Part shown: piece by piece, positions 39,748 through 49,710 of the stretch
How positions within the stretch are numbered: position 1 is the stretch's first letter
Layout of the letters: the number at the start of each line of letters is the position of its first letter
IMG/VR virus record: IMGVR_UViG_3300034101_001153
Span: 32,177 to 96,176 of that record
Origin: a virus
Reading direction: 5' to 3' (one strand)
Length of the DNA stretch: 64,000 nucleotides
Position numbers and translations under genes: made by a program
Notes under the pieces: model-generated
Told to the model about the DNA's origin: nothing
The model's database searches: none
Seen by the model: the letters and a program-made list of their open reading frames with translations, nothing else

Positions 39748-40028
39748 TCATTGAGCCTAATGTCAGCGGATACCTCTAGGATCTTGTACATTGTTTGCAA
39801 ATCTAGATCATCCTCTACAGAATCCGCCTTCTCTGGTGCTAGGTGGCTCATTGCTATTGAAGTACATTTGATAAGAATATCAAGGAAGTCGTCTTCGTTT
39901 TGAATATCTGAAGTCTTCTGCCACTCCTTCATAACTAATCTTAATGTCTTCAAGTTTAGGGGCTTAACAGTAATTACTGTTCCATCTTGCAACTCTAAAT
40001 CAATGGTTTCATATACTTTTGTAGCCAT
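39702..40028 (-). CDS. tail assembly chaperone G
   Basis: Between major tail and tape measure genes. Confidence 0.85.
   Translation of the reverse strand: MATKVYETIDLELQDGTVITVKPLNLKTLRLVMKEWQKTSDIQNEDDFLDILIKCTSIAMSHLAPEKADSVEDDLDLQTMYKILEVSADIRLNDPNLLATAQAQVGTN
39741..39747 (-). other. -1 programmed frameshift site C-CCA-AAT
   Basis: XXXYYYZ heptamer in the correct phase that fuses the G and T ORFs. Confidence 0.75.
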
Positions 40029-40070
40029 TTTTTCCCTTTCTAGTTATATCTCTATTATACATTAGACAAA

Positions 40071-40104
40071 AATAAAAGATGCAGTAAAAACTGCATCTTT
40101 TATT
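40071..40104. terminator. intrinsic terminator after the major tail gene
   Basis: 15-bp IR AATAAAAGATGCAGT/ACTGCATCTTTTATT. Confidence 0.8.
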
Positions 40105-40127
40105 CTATATTAAGTTGTATTTATATA

Positions 40128-40859
40128 TTAGTAAACTCTGTCTACAATCTTGCCGTATGCGGCATTTCCATCGGAAGCAGAATTATCCTCTGATGGTAGC
40201 AATCTGAAGTTTACTGGGAAGAGTGTTGCATTATCTCTTTGAACTGCCACGCCTACTGCATCCATTGATACTGCACGGTAACCAATGTAAATTCTTTCGG
40301 CGCGTCCTAGGCTTGCTGGTGCTGGGCCTACGAAAGCAACTGATCTTTCAATTGGTGTGTAGCCAAGGGCACCACCATTGATATCAAGAACTGCTGCTAC
40401 TGGGTTGGCAGACGCACCTGTCTCAAGATGTGCTGATGCTGTTAGTCTTCCTCCAGTTGATGTTGCACCGTCTGCGGAGGCGACTAGCGCAGATGCTGTT
40501 GCACTTGCAGCAAAATCTCCAGTTGCTCCTGTCTTACCGCCAATTGCGACATATAGATTCTCAAGAGTTGTCTCTGTGAGAGATGTTGCAACCATAACTC
40601 TTTGTGAAGACTTGAATAGTCTTGCTACGTCCAATAGTTGGTCAACAACCACCTCACCGTATGTTGGCTCAATGTTCATTGTTACACCATTTTGTGTGTA
40701 GCCAAGATGATACCATGATGCTGAATTAACCTTAGTTGGGTCTTGGAGGGTATCGGTTGAAGCGGTTGCTCCAATTCTGCTAAGTTCGATACCTGATGGG
40801 CCAACATAGAATGTGGCTGCACCTACAATGATGTTTTTTGCGTTAAAGTCTCTTGCCAT
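40128..40859 (-). CDS. major tail tube protein
   Basis: NIIVGAA...LGYTQNGV...VDQLLD. Confidence 0.88.
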   Translation of the reverse strand: MARDFNAKNIIVGAATFYVGPSGIELSRIGATASTDTLQDPTKVNSASWYHLGYTQNGVTMNIEPTYGEVVVDQLLDVARLFKSSQRVMVATSLTETTLENLYVAIGGKTGATGDFAASATASALVASADGATSTGGRLTASAHLETGASANPVAAVLDINGGALGYTPIERSVAFVGPAPASLGRAERIYIGYRAVSMDAVGVAVQRDNATLFPVNFRLLPSEDNSASDGNAAYGKIVDRVY

Positions 40860-40934
40860 TTATTTCACCTCCTAGTTGGTTTTAAAATAAAATAAAATAA
40901 CGTTCCCTCGTAAATTATATTATCATGTGCTTGA

Positions 40935-41423
40935 TTATTTTGTGTAATCATACATTAAAGTCAAAGTTGTGATATACTTCGGCCTAAAACTATCGATTCT
41001 TTTTTCATCAGTAATAAAGTTGTTTTGATTAACATGTATACATTTAAAGTTAATAGTTGAGTCCTGTATATGGTCATTTATTTCTTGGGCACTCTTATCA
41101 AATTTTTTCAATGAATCATATATAAAGTTTTTTACATAAAAAATTTGTGGAACATCTCCAACTATGCTATATATTGCTCTTTCTTTGTGAATAGGCCAAA
41201 AAGTATCATCTGGTTCTTCATATAAATAGTCATACAGCACATATGGCATTGTAGAGGATTCTGGGGCAAGATTTTCATTTACTGGGTAGAATGGTCTATA
41301 TGCAAATGATGCTGTATTCCACACCGCGCTGGGCACCATAGGTACGCCAGATACTGAACCACTCGCTAGATCCCATATATAGTTGTTAATTAAAACAATT
41401 GGAAGTTTAGTGTAATCAGACAT
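40935..41423 (-). CDS. tail terminator-like protein
   Basis: Position and size. Confidence 0.65.
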   Translation of the reverse strand: MSDYTKLPIVLINNYIWDLASGSVSGVPMVPSAVWNTASFAYRPFYPVNENLAPESSTMPYVLYDYLYEEPDDTFWPIHKERAIYSIVGDVPQIFYVKNFIYDSLKKFDKSAQEINDHIQDSTINFKCIHVNQNNFITDEKRIDSFRPKYITTLTLMYDYTK

Positions 41424-42132
41424 TAGATACGACCGCCGCCTTCATAGCAATAGAACTTGCGTCCTTTGATGCTTCTGATATCATACCAGATATCATTCCC
41501 CTGCTTATTCTTGGAATAACTACTTTTCTTTTTGTCTTTATTGCTTGATTTATTAACTCAAAATATTTAAATTGTTTTAATACTCCTCCAGCCTGATAAT
41601 GAGAAAAGTTTTTCCATTCTGAAGCAAAACTACCTTGAACGGCGACACCACCAGGATTCTCAACAACTGAAGGCTGAGAGGTAACAATTTGTCTACCATC
41701 GATTTGATAGACTAGAAACTTAGATGATTTCGGTCTAATAACTACAGTTTCTCCATATTCCATAACAGATGCTTTATTAGCAAAGATATGTCCATTTCTG
41801 TTTGGTTCTTTTGATTTAGTAAAACTGAATTTTATAACAGTTCCAGCAGGAGTTGGAGTTATATTTTTCTTAAATAATCTAGCATTAGAGTCTCCAGTTT
41901 TGTCCCATTCATAAACATGATGAAATCTTTTATGGCTGGCCCTTGCTCTTGCATCAACAAATCTCATAAAATACTCAGCAATTATATTGGCGGCTCCCTT
42001 TTCGATAAGCATCTTATTATCTTTTTTAACATGAAGTCTATTGAGCAAGGCCATATCATACTCAGTCAAAGCCAGAATTTTTTCTGGCATTCCACCTGTA
42101 TCTATTCCTCCTGCTTTTCTAAAAGAAGTCAT
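41416..42132 (-). CDS. neck/tail completion protein
   Basis: Position; HHVYEW motif. Confidence 0.6.
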   Translation of the reverse strand: MTSFRKAGGIDTGGMPEKILALTEYDMALLNRLHVKKDNKMLIEKGAANIIAEYFMRFVDARARASHKRFHHVYEWDKTGDSNARLFKKNITPTPAGTVIKFSFTKSKEPNRNGHIFANKASVMEYGETVVIRPKSSKFLVYQIDGRQIVTSQPSVVENPGGVAVQGSFASEWKNFSHYQAGGVLKQFKYFELINQAIKTKRKVVIPRISRGMISGMISEASKDASSIAMKAAVVSNV

Positions 42133-42569
42133 TATGCTGTAAGCCTCTGTATTTCCTGGCGCATAAGAACAGTTTCATATTCAATTATGCTGCCATCAAA
42201 ATTTAATATTGGAGTACTTCCTCTTGGTTCAAATATAGTAGACCCTTGAAATCCGCCGTCACTTGATGGGTCTTGATTTTCTAAAAATATAACAGTGTCA
42301 TCATTTCTTACTCTAACTATTCTTCTGTCTGATGGTAAGACTTCAGCAGTTCTCATTTTTACAAGAGCGGTTAGTGTATTTATATAACTGTTTATTTCTA
42401 CTGCCGTAGAGTTTTCTCCTACGCCTTTTCTTAAAATACCTCTTGCTACGCAATCTATTGTTTTTTCAAATGTCCAAGTTTTTACTACTGCTCCAGTAGA
42501 ATCCTGAGTTACAGTTGCTTTATATATGTCTGCTTTCATCGTATAAGATGTTTTAGAAATGCATGACAT
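42132..42569 (-). CDS. head-to-tail stopper
   Basis: QDSTGAVVKTW motif, position. Confidence 0.7.
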   Translation of the reverse strand: MSCISKTSYTMKADIYKATVTQDSTGAVVKTWTFEKTIDCVARGILRKGVGENSTAVEINSYINTLTALVKMRTAEVLPSDRRIVRVRNDDTVIFLENQDPSSDGGFQGSTIFEPRGSTPILNFDGSIIEYETVLMRQEIQRLTA

Positions 42570-43484
42570 TTATATCACCATATATCTTATTTGACTGTAT
42601 TTTGATAAGATATTATCAACTAGTATGTTTCCTGATCCTTCTGCAAAGTTACTTCCGTATGAAATATTATATGAATCGTTAGACAGTTTTGATATATTCT
42701 TGTTTCTTATTGATGAATCAGAGCATAGGTAGTCTTCAACCAGCAGCGCGGTTGCCTGTTCTATGTCTGATGGAACATACACATATCCAAAAATTCCTAC
42801 TATTTTATATTGAAAATCTTTTTTGAATATTCCATTATATGGAAGAATTGAAAAATCTGGACTTTCTAGAAGCCCTCTTCCATCTTCATCATCTTCATTA
42901 ACAGCCTTTATTCTGTACTTTGATACAGCCGCCTCAATATTATAATCAAATGAGTTGACGCTTGGACTTACTCTACTATCATAAACAAGGATATCATCTT
43001 CATAAACCTTATCTATTCTTATAATAGGCTCATTTAATGTTAGAACATCAGTATTATTTCCATACACTACTACACTCTTATACTGTTTGAGAAATGAAAT
43101 TCCAGTAAGTGATTGTATTGTTACACGGGCTTTTCTTTCTTGCTTCTTTAAAGAGTCGTCGGTTACTGATGAATTAATATCTGCAATAGATCTAATTCTT
43201 GAAGGTGTTGCAAATGGTCTAATAATAGATGCAATTTCAAATGTAGAACTGGCACCAGATGCTGTGCTGCTTATCCATTCTATCTTTACGTTTCTATCAT
43301 ATTCAACAGAATCTGAAGTAAGAGTTGCATTAAAAACTGAAGATCCAGCAGAAGAAGTAGTTCCAGATTGAATAAACTCTTCTGTGTCCAAATCATAAAT
43401 TTCAAAAATGACACCAGTTATACCACTTGCAGCAGTAAATGATATTTGCAGATCGTTATAATCGGTGCGTAAGTACTCTATCAA
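42570..43484 (-). CDS. head-to-tail adaptor
   Basis: FGYVYVPSDIEQATALL...GNILVDNIL. Confidence 0.75.
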   Translation of the reverse strand: MIEYLRTDYNDLQISFTAASGITGVIFEIYDLDTEEFIQSGTTSSAGSSVFNATLTSDSVEYDRNVKIEWISSTASGASSTFEIASIIRPFATPSRIRSIADINSSVTDDSLKKQERKARVTIQSLTGISFLKQYKSVVVYGNNTDVLTLNEPIIRIDKVYEDDILVYDSRVSPSVNSFDYNIEAAVSKYRIKAVNEDDEDGRGLLESPDFSILPYNGIFKKDFQYKIVGIFGYVYVPSDIEQATALLVEDYLCSDSSIRNKNISKLSNDSYNISYGSNFAEGSGNILVDNILSKYSQIRYMVI

Positions 43485-43524
43485 TTAACTCACCTCATAT
43501 CTATTTTACTATAAATTTGATAAA

Positions 43525-43560
43525 TGAGAAAGGGGTCGATCAATGACCGACCCCTTCTCA
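43525..43560 (-). terminator. terminator after the capsid gene
   Basis: GC-rich hairpin GGGGTCG/CGACCCC with T-rich tail on the minus strand. Confidence 0.75.
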
Positions 43561-43573
43561 ACTATAGGCTTTA

Positions 43574-44683
43574 TCAGCCAGTTACAGCATTTGCCTTAGC
43601 CATTGCGGATAGTTCTTCAATGTTTAGGCCCATACGGACGTAAACGGTATATTCGATTGTATCCTTCTTTGGCTGGAACTCGCGGTGAACAGTTACATCT
43701 CTCTGGAATCCCCAAATTCTATTTTGTGGGAATGTAAGATCGACGTAATGATCTGGGTACAGAGGAACTTCCATGACGGGAATACCGAAAATGGATGTAG
43801 TCATTCCTGCTGGACCACCAACACGCGCTGGAGTGCCACGAAGAACGCCAGAGGCGATATCCTCGGGAACACCACCTGAACCTAATTGACGTAGGTCAGT
43901 TAGCAATGTTTGCACATTCTTTGTTGAAGCATAGAACTTAAGTTCACCTCTACGAGCCTTGAACTTACGTCCAAGAGCATTGTAAAGAGCCTCAAAGAAT
44001 GCAATTGCGGAGCCAGACTTCAATGTGCCAGCAGTTGTGGCAGCAGTGAAGTAGTTTGATGCTGTAGCAACTGTTGCTGCTGTGCCAAAGTGATTGGCTC
44101 CAGCGGCCCCATCAGCCAACTTAACGAATCCATCAATTGTGTATGGATAGGTTGTTCCAGCATATGAAGCAGTACCTTGAGCAGCGAGACCATTGATAGC
44201 AATGTCCTCAAGGTCGTTACCGAATTGTGATGCCATTAGGCGCACAATATGGTCCTCAAGGGCAGAACCTTCAATGTTATCCTCAAGTGCCTCAGTTGAG
44301 AGTTCGTAGTCAAGACGGAACTTAGTTGTTACAACCTCTACCTTGGTGAATTGGGCACCACGATTTGCGTATGAACCGATTCCTGAACCAGCATCGAAAA
44401 CATTGTCAGATGCTTGTGAAGCCTTACGGATCAAACGTGTTCCAACTTGCAATTTGTCGAATTCTGCTGTATTGGCTCTCATGATTTGTCTACGACCATC
44501 GTTACCAAGAACCATTTCGTCGAAAACATAATCAAGGAATTGACGGGATTGCTCTGGAAGCAGAACGCCTCCGCCTTGTGATGCTGGGTTGGTTGTAAGA
44601 TTCTCCATGTTGACGTTTGCAACATCGGAGATAATTGCACCAGTTCCAACATCGGTTACAGCCTTATTGATAATGTCGCTCAT
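43574..44683 (-). CDS. major capsid protein (HK97 fold)
   Basis: GGVLLPEQSRQF...ALEDNIEG; position after the protease. Confidence 0.93.
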   Translation of the reverse strand: MSDIINKAVTDVGTGAIISDVANVNMENLTTNPASQGGGVLLPEQSRQFLDYVFDEMVLGNDGRRQIMRANTAEFDKLQVGTRLIRKASQASDNVFDAGSGIGSYANRGAQFTKVEVVTTKFRLDYELSTEALEDNIEGSALEDHIVRLMASQFGNDLEDIAINGLAAQGTASYAGTTYPYTIDGFVKLADGAAGANHFGTAATVATASNYFTAATTAGTLKSGSAIAFFEALYNALGRKFKARRGELKFYASTKNVQTLLTDLRQLGSGGVPEDIASGVLRGTPARVGGPAGMTTSIFGIPVMEVPLYPDHYVDLTFPQNRIWGFQRDVTVHREFQPKKDTIEYTVYVRMGLNIEELSAMAKANAVTG

Positions 44684-44711
44684 TTATTTACACCTCTCTT
44701 TCATTAATTAA

Positions 44712-46895
44712 TTAAATATCTGCGGAATTGAGGAAACGTCCGCCCCATAATGACTTTCTCATTACGGGTTGCTCTGGGATACTATTTTCTAGTTCACCAG
44801 ACTTCTTCATTGCTGTATCTTCTTCTACAGACTCCACTCTAGAAGCAATTTCTTCTTGAGTCTTTGAGATATCAGCCAATCCTTTAGTAAGTTCCTCGTA
44901 CTTACTGGAAAGTTCTCCGACTTTTTCATCGAATGATTTTACAAGTTCTGTAATTGACTCTGAAAGAGCAGTAAGTCCTTCTTTGCTAGAATCAACGGAC
45001 TTTTGCAATTGCTCTTCAATAAACTCCTTAACGTCGCCTAGTGCCTTCTCAAGATCAATTTGTTCGGAAGTGTCAACGGCTACGTCCTCTGATTCAACAG
45101 CCTTGGCAAGATCTTCATCTGCCTCATCTACTTCTTCAACTGACTCTTCAACCTCAAATTCAACTTCTTCGGCATCAGCGGTGTCAAGTTCTGGGCTTTC
45201 TATGTTTTCAGCCACTTCAACACCTCCTTCTTCATTTGGCTCAGAAAATTTTTTAATTTTAGAACCTTTGTTTGATTTTGTTGATAAGGGATGGCCCCCT
45301 GGCAACAAGTCTGTGTCAAATGGTTTCCTTTTATATCTGCCAGTTCTTACTGCATGAAGGAAGCCATTTACTCTGGCGTACGCCCATTGTTCTGCTGATG
45401 CTACATTGGGTCTAACTGATCCAGGGTTTGTTCTGTAAGCACCAATTCCACGATTATATACTTGTCTAAGCATAGAAACGGTAACCTTCTTAGAGTTTAC
45501 GTTACCATATTTTTCGTTATGTTGCGTTACAAGTTCATTAAGTCTACTAGTTACACTATTAGAATCAGCCTTTTCCATATGCATTTTTGTTTGCAGCGGC
45601 TTCAATTTTCTCAGGTTTGAGATGTTTTTCGCTACTCTTCTATCTGTAGGAACGTATTTGTTTCCAGATGTTTGACGATAAACTCTAACTATAGCAACGG
45701 GATTTTCTTCTGTTGCCATAACGGACTCATTAGTTCCACGCACCTTGACAGATCCAGAAGTTTTTATGGACTCTACCTTGCCTTTTGCATATTGAGTTCC
45801 CTGTGGTGGCTTTGGAACGGCATAGGCAACAAAGTCTCCTGTCGAAACACTTCCTCTTTCTGCCTTATAGATAACCTTCTTCTTTCTTCTTCTCATAGAT
45901 CTTGAGACGCCGCCTGGAAGACCCTGTTGTGCATTTCTAGTTGGAACGCCAGTCTCTGTTGAGATAACTTGTTTATCAGACATATCCATGTCATCGTCCA
46001 TGTCATCCATCATGTCTGCTCTTAGTGCAGCCTCAGCCACTTCTCTAGACTCAAAGCATCCTTCAAGTTCTCCATCTTCATCAACAATAGCAAATCCTGA
46101 ATTACACATTGGATGATTCTCAACAACTCTCTTTTGCTTCTTCATTTCCTCATCTTCGTGCATTGATTTAATCATTACTGAATCAACACATTTTGCGATC
46201 TCTTCATCTTTAGATGGATCATTAGACTCTACCCAGCCTACATTTTCCATAGATTTGTGGCAGATAGAGCATTCCATAGATTCAGCAGAATCAGGTATTG
46301 CGATCTCATCTTCGGCACACCAGAAAATATTTTCAACTGAGAATGTAGTTGCAATACCACTAGCAATAAGTTCATCATTAACTTTTTGAATAGAGAGAAT
46401 GTTTGCAAATTGATTTGCTGGGCTATCTACTAGTGATAGTTCCATAAGTTCATATTTTTTAACAAGTCTAATTTGTTCTTGGCTTTCTTCATCAACCATT
46501 GGCTCTGAATCAATGATTCTTCCACCGATAGAGAAACCTGTAAGAGTCCCATCAACTACCATCTGCCATACACTTTCTGCTCCCTTTGAGATGTAGGCAT
46601 CTACAAATACTCCACTATATGTTTTCTTTGTATTGGGATCATAAAATGTATTTTCTTTAAATGATATTACTTTACCAGCAGGAATAGGTTGATGCATAAG
46701 CCTAACGTTTCCACGGAAATTTTCAAATGCTTCTCTGGATGCTTCTGATAGAAGTCTGTCTCCTTGACGGTCTATGTTATCTAGGGTGGCGAACCCGCTA
46801 ACAATTCTTCTCTCCGCGTCAACTTTAGCAATTGGCATCGTAAAGCGGAGGTTACTGTCGTCACTTTCAAAGTGAGCCTTGAAAATTTCTTTCAT
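44712..46895 (-). CDS. prohead protease/scaffold fusion with inserted domains
   Basis: VSGFATLDNID...LMHQ...GFSIGG...ELSLVDSPAN; acidic coiled-coil C-terminus; start MKEIF. Confidence 0.88.
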   Translation of the reverse strand: MKEIFKAHFESDDSNLRFTMPIAKVDAERRIVSGFATLDNIDRQGDRLLSEASREAFENFRGNVRLMHQPIPAGKVISFKENTFYDPNTKKTYSGVFVDAYISKGAESVWQMVVDGTLTGFSIGGRIIDSEPMVDEESQEQIRLVKKYELMELSLVDSPANQFANILSIQKVNDELIASGIATTFSVENIFWCAEDEIAIPDSAESMECSICHKSMENVGWVESNDPSKDEEIAKCVDSVMIKSMHEDEEMKKQKRVVENHPMCNSGFAIVDEDGELEGCFESREVAEAALRADMMDDMDDDMDMSDKQVISTETGVPTRNAQQGLPGGVSRSMRRRKKKVIYKAERGSVSTGDFVAYAVPKPPQGTQYAKGKVESIKTSGSVKVRGTNESVMATEENPVAIVRVYRQTSGNKYVPTDRRVAKNISNLRKLKPLQTKMHMEKADSNSVTSRLNELVTQHNEKYGNVNSKKVTVSMLRQVYNRGIGAYRTNPGSVRPNVASAEQWAYARVNGFLHAVRTGRYKRKPFDTDLLPGGHPLSTKSNKGSKIKKFSEPNEEGGVEVAENIESPELDTADAEEVEFEVEESVEEVDEADEDLAKAVESEDVAVDTSEQIDLEKALGDVKEFIEEQLQKSVDSSKEGLTALSESITELVKSFDEKVGELSSKYEELTKGLADISKTQEEIASRVESVEEDTAMKKSGELENSIPEQPVMRKSLWGGRFLNSADI

Positions 46896-46926
46896 AGTAA
46901 TTATTATTATATAATCTTTTGCTTTA

Positions 46927-48528
46927 TTAGTTTTGCTGCCTGCCGTCGCCTTGGGTGGCGCGACCTGTTGCATCTGTATCTGGAGCGTTAGACTCTCTCT
47001 GCTGATCTCTTAATCTATTGCCAGTAGCCTGAGCAGTTTGCTCTGCTGCTTGCTGTGGGCTAAGTATTACTGGATTATCTCCATTTTCAAGACTTGACAA
47101 CTTCAGCCTTTCTCTAACCTCATTGGGAACAATTACTCTCATTCTAAGATACCTTTCATCAATCTTTGATTGGGTTTCCTCGTCGGTTAGAGTTAATTCA
47201 TTAAATTCAAATCTGAACATGTCTGTTTTTTCTTCAATAATTTTATTGATCTTCTTTTCAAGTGAGTCTTGTGCTGGGCGACATACCTGTTCCTTAAACG
47301 TTCTGTCTGCCTCTCTTGCTGCTGCAAGACCTATGCCTTCTGCCGCACCAACTTTTGATGCTGGTGTGCGGTGAACCATCAGAATTTCATTAACGTTGCC
47401 CTTGCGATAATTGTTGAATGATGAGTCTTGAATGCTATTCTCAACAGCCTCCATCTTCATCTCTACCTTTTTATCTGGAGTGTCTGCTGGAATTGGAATA
47501 ATTGCAGTTCTATGATTTTGTCCCTTTACACTTGATTGGAAGAATTCAAATAATCTTTCTTCTGCCTCAGGTGTCATCTTAGCACCCTTGATCCAGAAAA
47601 TATATCTTGGAACAGCCTTATTTTCAAAGTATTCTATGTTAAACCTAGAAGCAAACTCATTGCCTGCCATAGCATTCTTTGCTGCCGCAATTGCTGGAGC
47701 GCCATAGTAAGTATTTGTTGGAGTGTAACTCTTAATATGAATTATTTCATTTGGCTTTTGATCTGTTGTGATAGGATTTTTTGTTGTAGTGTCTTGAAAA
47801 TTCCTAAAAAATACAGCACGGCCTGAAACAATTTGAACAAATCCGTCGCGCAGGCGGCGTACTCTCATTGTTGGTGCTGGTATATGACCTATATAGCCAA
47901 TTTCACCATTAGACTTTCTTCCAATTTCAATATAGCCATTTCCAGTTGATTCAACATCGATATAGACTTTCATCAGGGTGGCAGTTAGGCTATCGTCATC
48001 GTTTCTTGTTTCTAGCCAATCGATAACTCTTGTCTTGGCCCTTGCAACATTTTTACGCATTCTAGAAAGATCCTGTTGTGTAGGAGCGTCTTCCATTTTT
48101 TGCATAACAGAATTTGATGGATGAAGGTCGTAACCAAGTCCAACGATATTTGCAACCTTTGCATTAATGGCTGCATAATTAGGGGCAGACAATTCATAAA
48201 TTTTGGCAAGAGAGTATTGGTTATACTGTGGCTCAACAACGTCGAATATTCCATATCCGTACTTATCTGGAATTATTTGTTTTGAGGAGGCATCATCACC
48301 AGCATACTGATTATTATCTGCCTCTACTACTTGACCGCCGACAGTAACTAAAGACTTTTCTAATTTTCTTTTAGCACTTTTTTTAAAGTTTTGAGACAGT
48401 CCAGAAAGACTTAGAAGATCATCTCCACTTTTTTTAAAATCATCTTGTTCTTGAACTAGTTGAGTTTGTCTTCCTCTGGCTGGTAGTCTGACATTACTAA
48501 CTAAGGTCTCTTCTTGCTCTTGATGCAT
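46927..48528 (-). CDS. portal protein
   Basis: TGNGYIE, EIIHIK, YFENKAVP, PNEVRERL. Confidence 0.93.
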   Translation of the reverse strand: MHQEQEETLVSNVRLPARGRQTQLVQEQDDFKKSGDDLLSLSGLSQNFKKSAKRKLEKSLVTVGGQVVEADNNQYAGDDASSKQIIPDKYGYGIFDVVEPQYNQYSLAKIYELSAPNYAAINAKVANIVGLGYDLHPSNSVMQKMEDAPTQQDLSRMRKNVARAKTRVIDWLETRNDDDSLTATLMKVYIDVESTGNGYIEIGRKSNGEIGYIGHIPAPTMRVRRLRDGFVQIVSGRAVFFRNFQDTTTKNPITTDQKPNEIIHIKSYTPTNTYYGAPAIAAAKNAMAGNEFASRFNIEYFENKAVPRYIFWIKGAKMTPEAEERLFEFFQSSVKGQNHRTAIIPIPADTPDKKVEMKMEAVENSIQDSSFNNYRKGNVNEILMVHRTPASKVGAAEGIGLAAAREADRTFKEQVCRPAQDSLEKKINKIIEEKTDMFRFEFNELTLTDEETQSKIDERYLRMRVIVPNEVRERLKLSSLENGDNPVILSPQQAAEQTAQATGNRLRDQQRESNAPDTDATGRATQGDGRQQN

Positions 48529-48829
48529 CTCTCCACGCTCCTGTGTCTCCATATGTAAGAAGTCCATTATTCATTCTATATAAATCTTCTTGATATTCTT
48601 CTTCACTTACTCTTCCAACTCCAGGAATAAATACTGCTTCTCCATCTGGCTGACCATAGGAAGCAGCGGCTTTTCTTATTTCAGCCATTTTTGTTATATC
48701 TCCACGCTCAGATGGTATATTTAAAATGTTTTGATAATCATCTGTAAATAAAGATCCATCTGGTAGTTTCCATACATATATTCCGTATTTAGAGTTGTCC
48801 TTCACTACTGACAATTTGGGCTTTTTCAT
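48497..48829 (-). CDS. hypothetical protein (leaderless)
   Basis: TGGTAACAT 6 nt before ATG. Confidence 0.75.
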   Translation of the reverse strand: MKKPKLSVVKDNSKYGIYVWKLPDGSLFTDDYQNILNIPSERGDITKMAEIRKAAASYGQPDGEAVFIPGVGRVSEEEYQEDLYRMNNGLLTYGDTGAWRDASRARRDLS

Positions 48830-48855
48830 ACCACTATGTTACCATATCTGCTTTA

Positions 48856-49692
48856 TTATTGCTGACTTCTGTCCACGATGTTGATGATTTTCTCTAAAAT
48901 TGGAGTTCTGGTGAACGATCCACTAGTTTTTAGCCAGGTAGTATTAGCATACTGTGTTCCGCTTAATACATTAACATAGTCGCCATTTGAACTTGAAATC
49001 AATGTAACTCCGCCGACTGAATTGATTTGATATATTTGATTATCTGCAATGCTGAGTATTTGATTTGACTGTGTAGAAACAACTCCATCAAAATATCTTA
49101 AATCTCCTATTAGTTTATTTGTTGGAGATCCAGTATATGCACTTAAAGATGACGCCGTTACTAAATCAATATCCGCTAGAAATCTGTTTTGTGTTAGATA
49201 TGGCTGATAAACAGTTGAAGTTACTGAAGATGAATGCCTAGACTCATCTCTATCAATAATTCTTACAGAGCCAGATGCCGACTCTCCAGTACTAATCGCT
49301 GCTGATGCTCCGACAAATGTTCCATGCAGATAAGAAATTTCAAGAGGCTCTAGCAATGTATCAAGGAAGTACAGATTTTGAATTTGGAAATCGCATGATC
49401 CTGTAGTTCCAAATCTCACCAAAAAATTATTATCTGAATCTGTTTGTAGTTTAGTGTTGAATGAAAAAGTTACATGCTGCCATTGATTGTCTACTAAAAC
49501 TTTAGATGATGACCCATTAATATATGATGATGCAGTAGTTGGATATACTAGATTTTTTGATAAATTTGTACTTGCAGAGAATAATGTTGTTGTAGCAGCA
49601 GATGATGAAAACACTTCCACCAGTTTAAATCCAGCAGAAGAAGATTCATTAAATTTAACAAAAAATCCAAGCGTTCCAAATTGTTTAATCAT
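48856..49692 (-). CDS. virion protein, LamG-like segment
   Basis: NQWQHVTFSF; TATAAT 6 nt before ATG. Confidence 0.6.
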   Translation of the reverse strand: MIKQFGTLGFFVKFNESSSAGFKLVEVFSSSAATTTLFSASTNLSKNLVYPTTASSYINGSSSKVLVDNQWQHVTFSFNTKLQTDSDNNFLVRFGTTGSCDFQIQNLYFLDTLLEPLEISYLHGTFVGASAAISTGESASGSVRIIDRDESRHSSSVTSTVYQPYLTQNRFLADIDLVTASSLSAYTGSPTNKLIGDLRYFDGVVSTQSNQILSIADNQIYQINSVGGVTLISSSNGDYVNVLSGTQYANTTWLKTSGSFTRTPILEKIINIVDRSQQ

Positions 49693-49710
49693 AAGATAAT
49701 TATATCCTTA

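Noticed and set aside
46896-46973. N-terminal extension of the protease in the track
   Set aside because: It overlaps the portal end and a TATAAT promoter; the start at 46895 fits better
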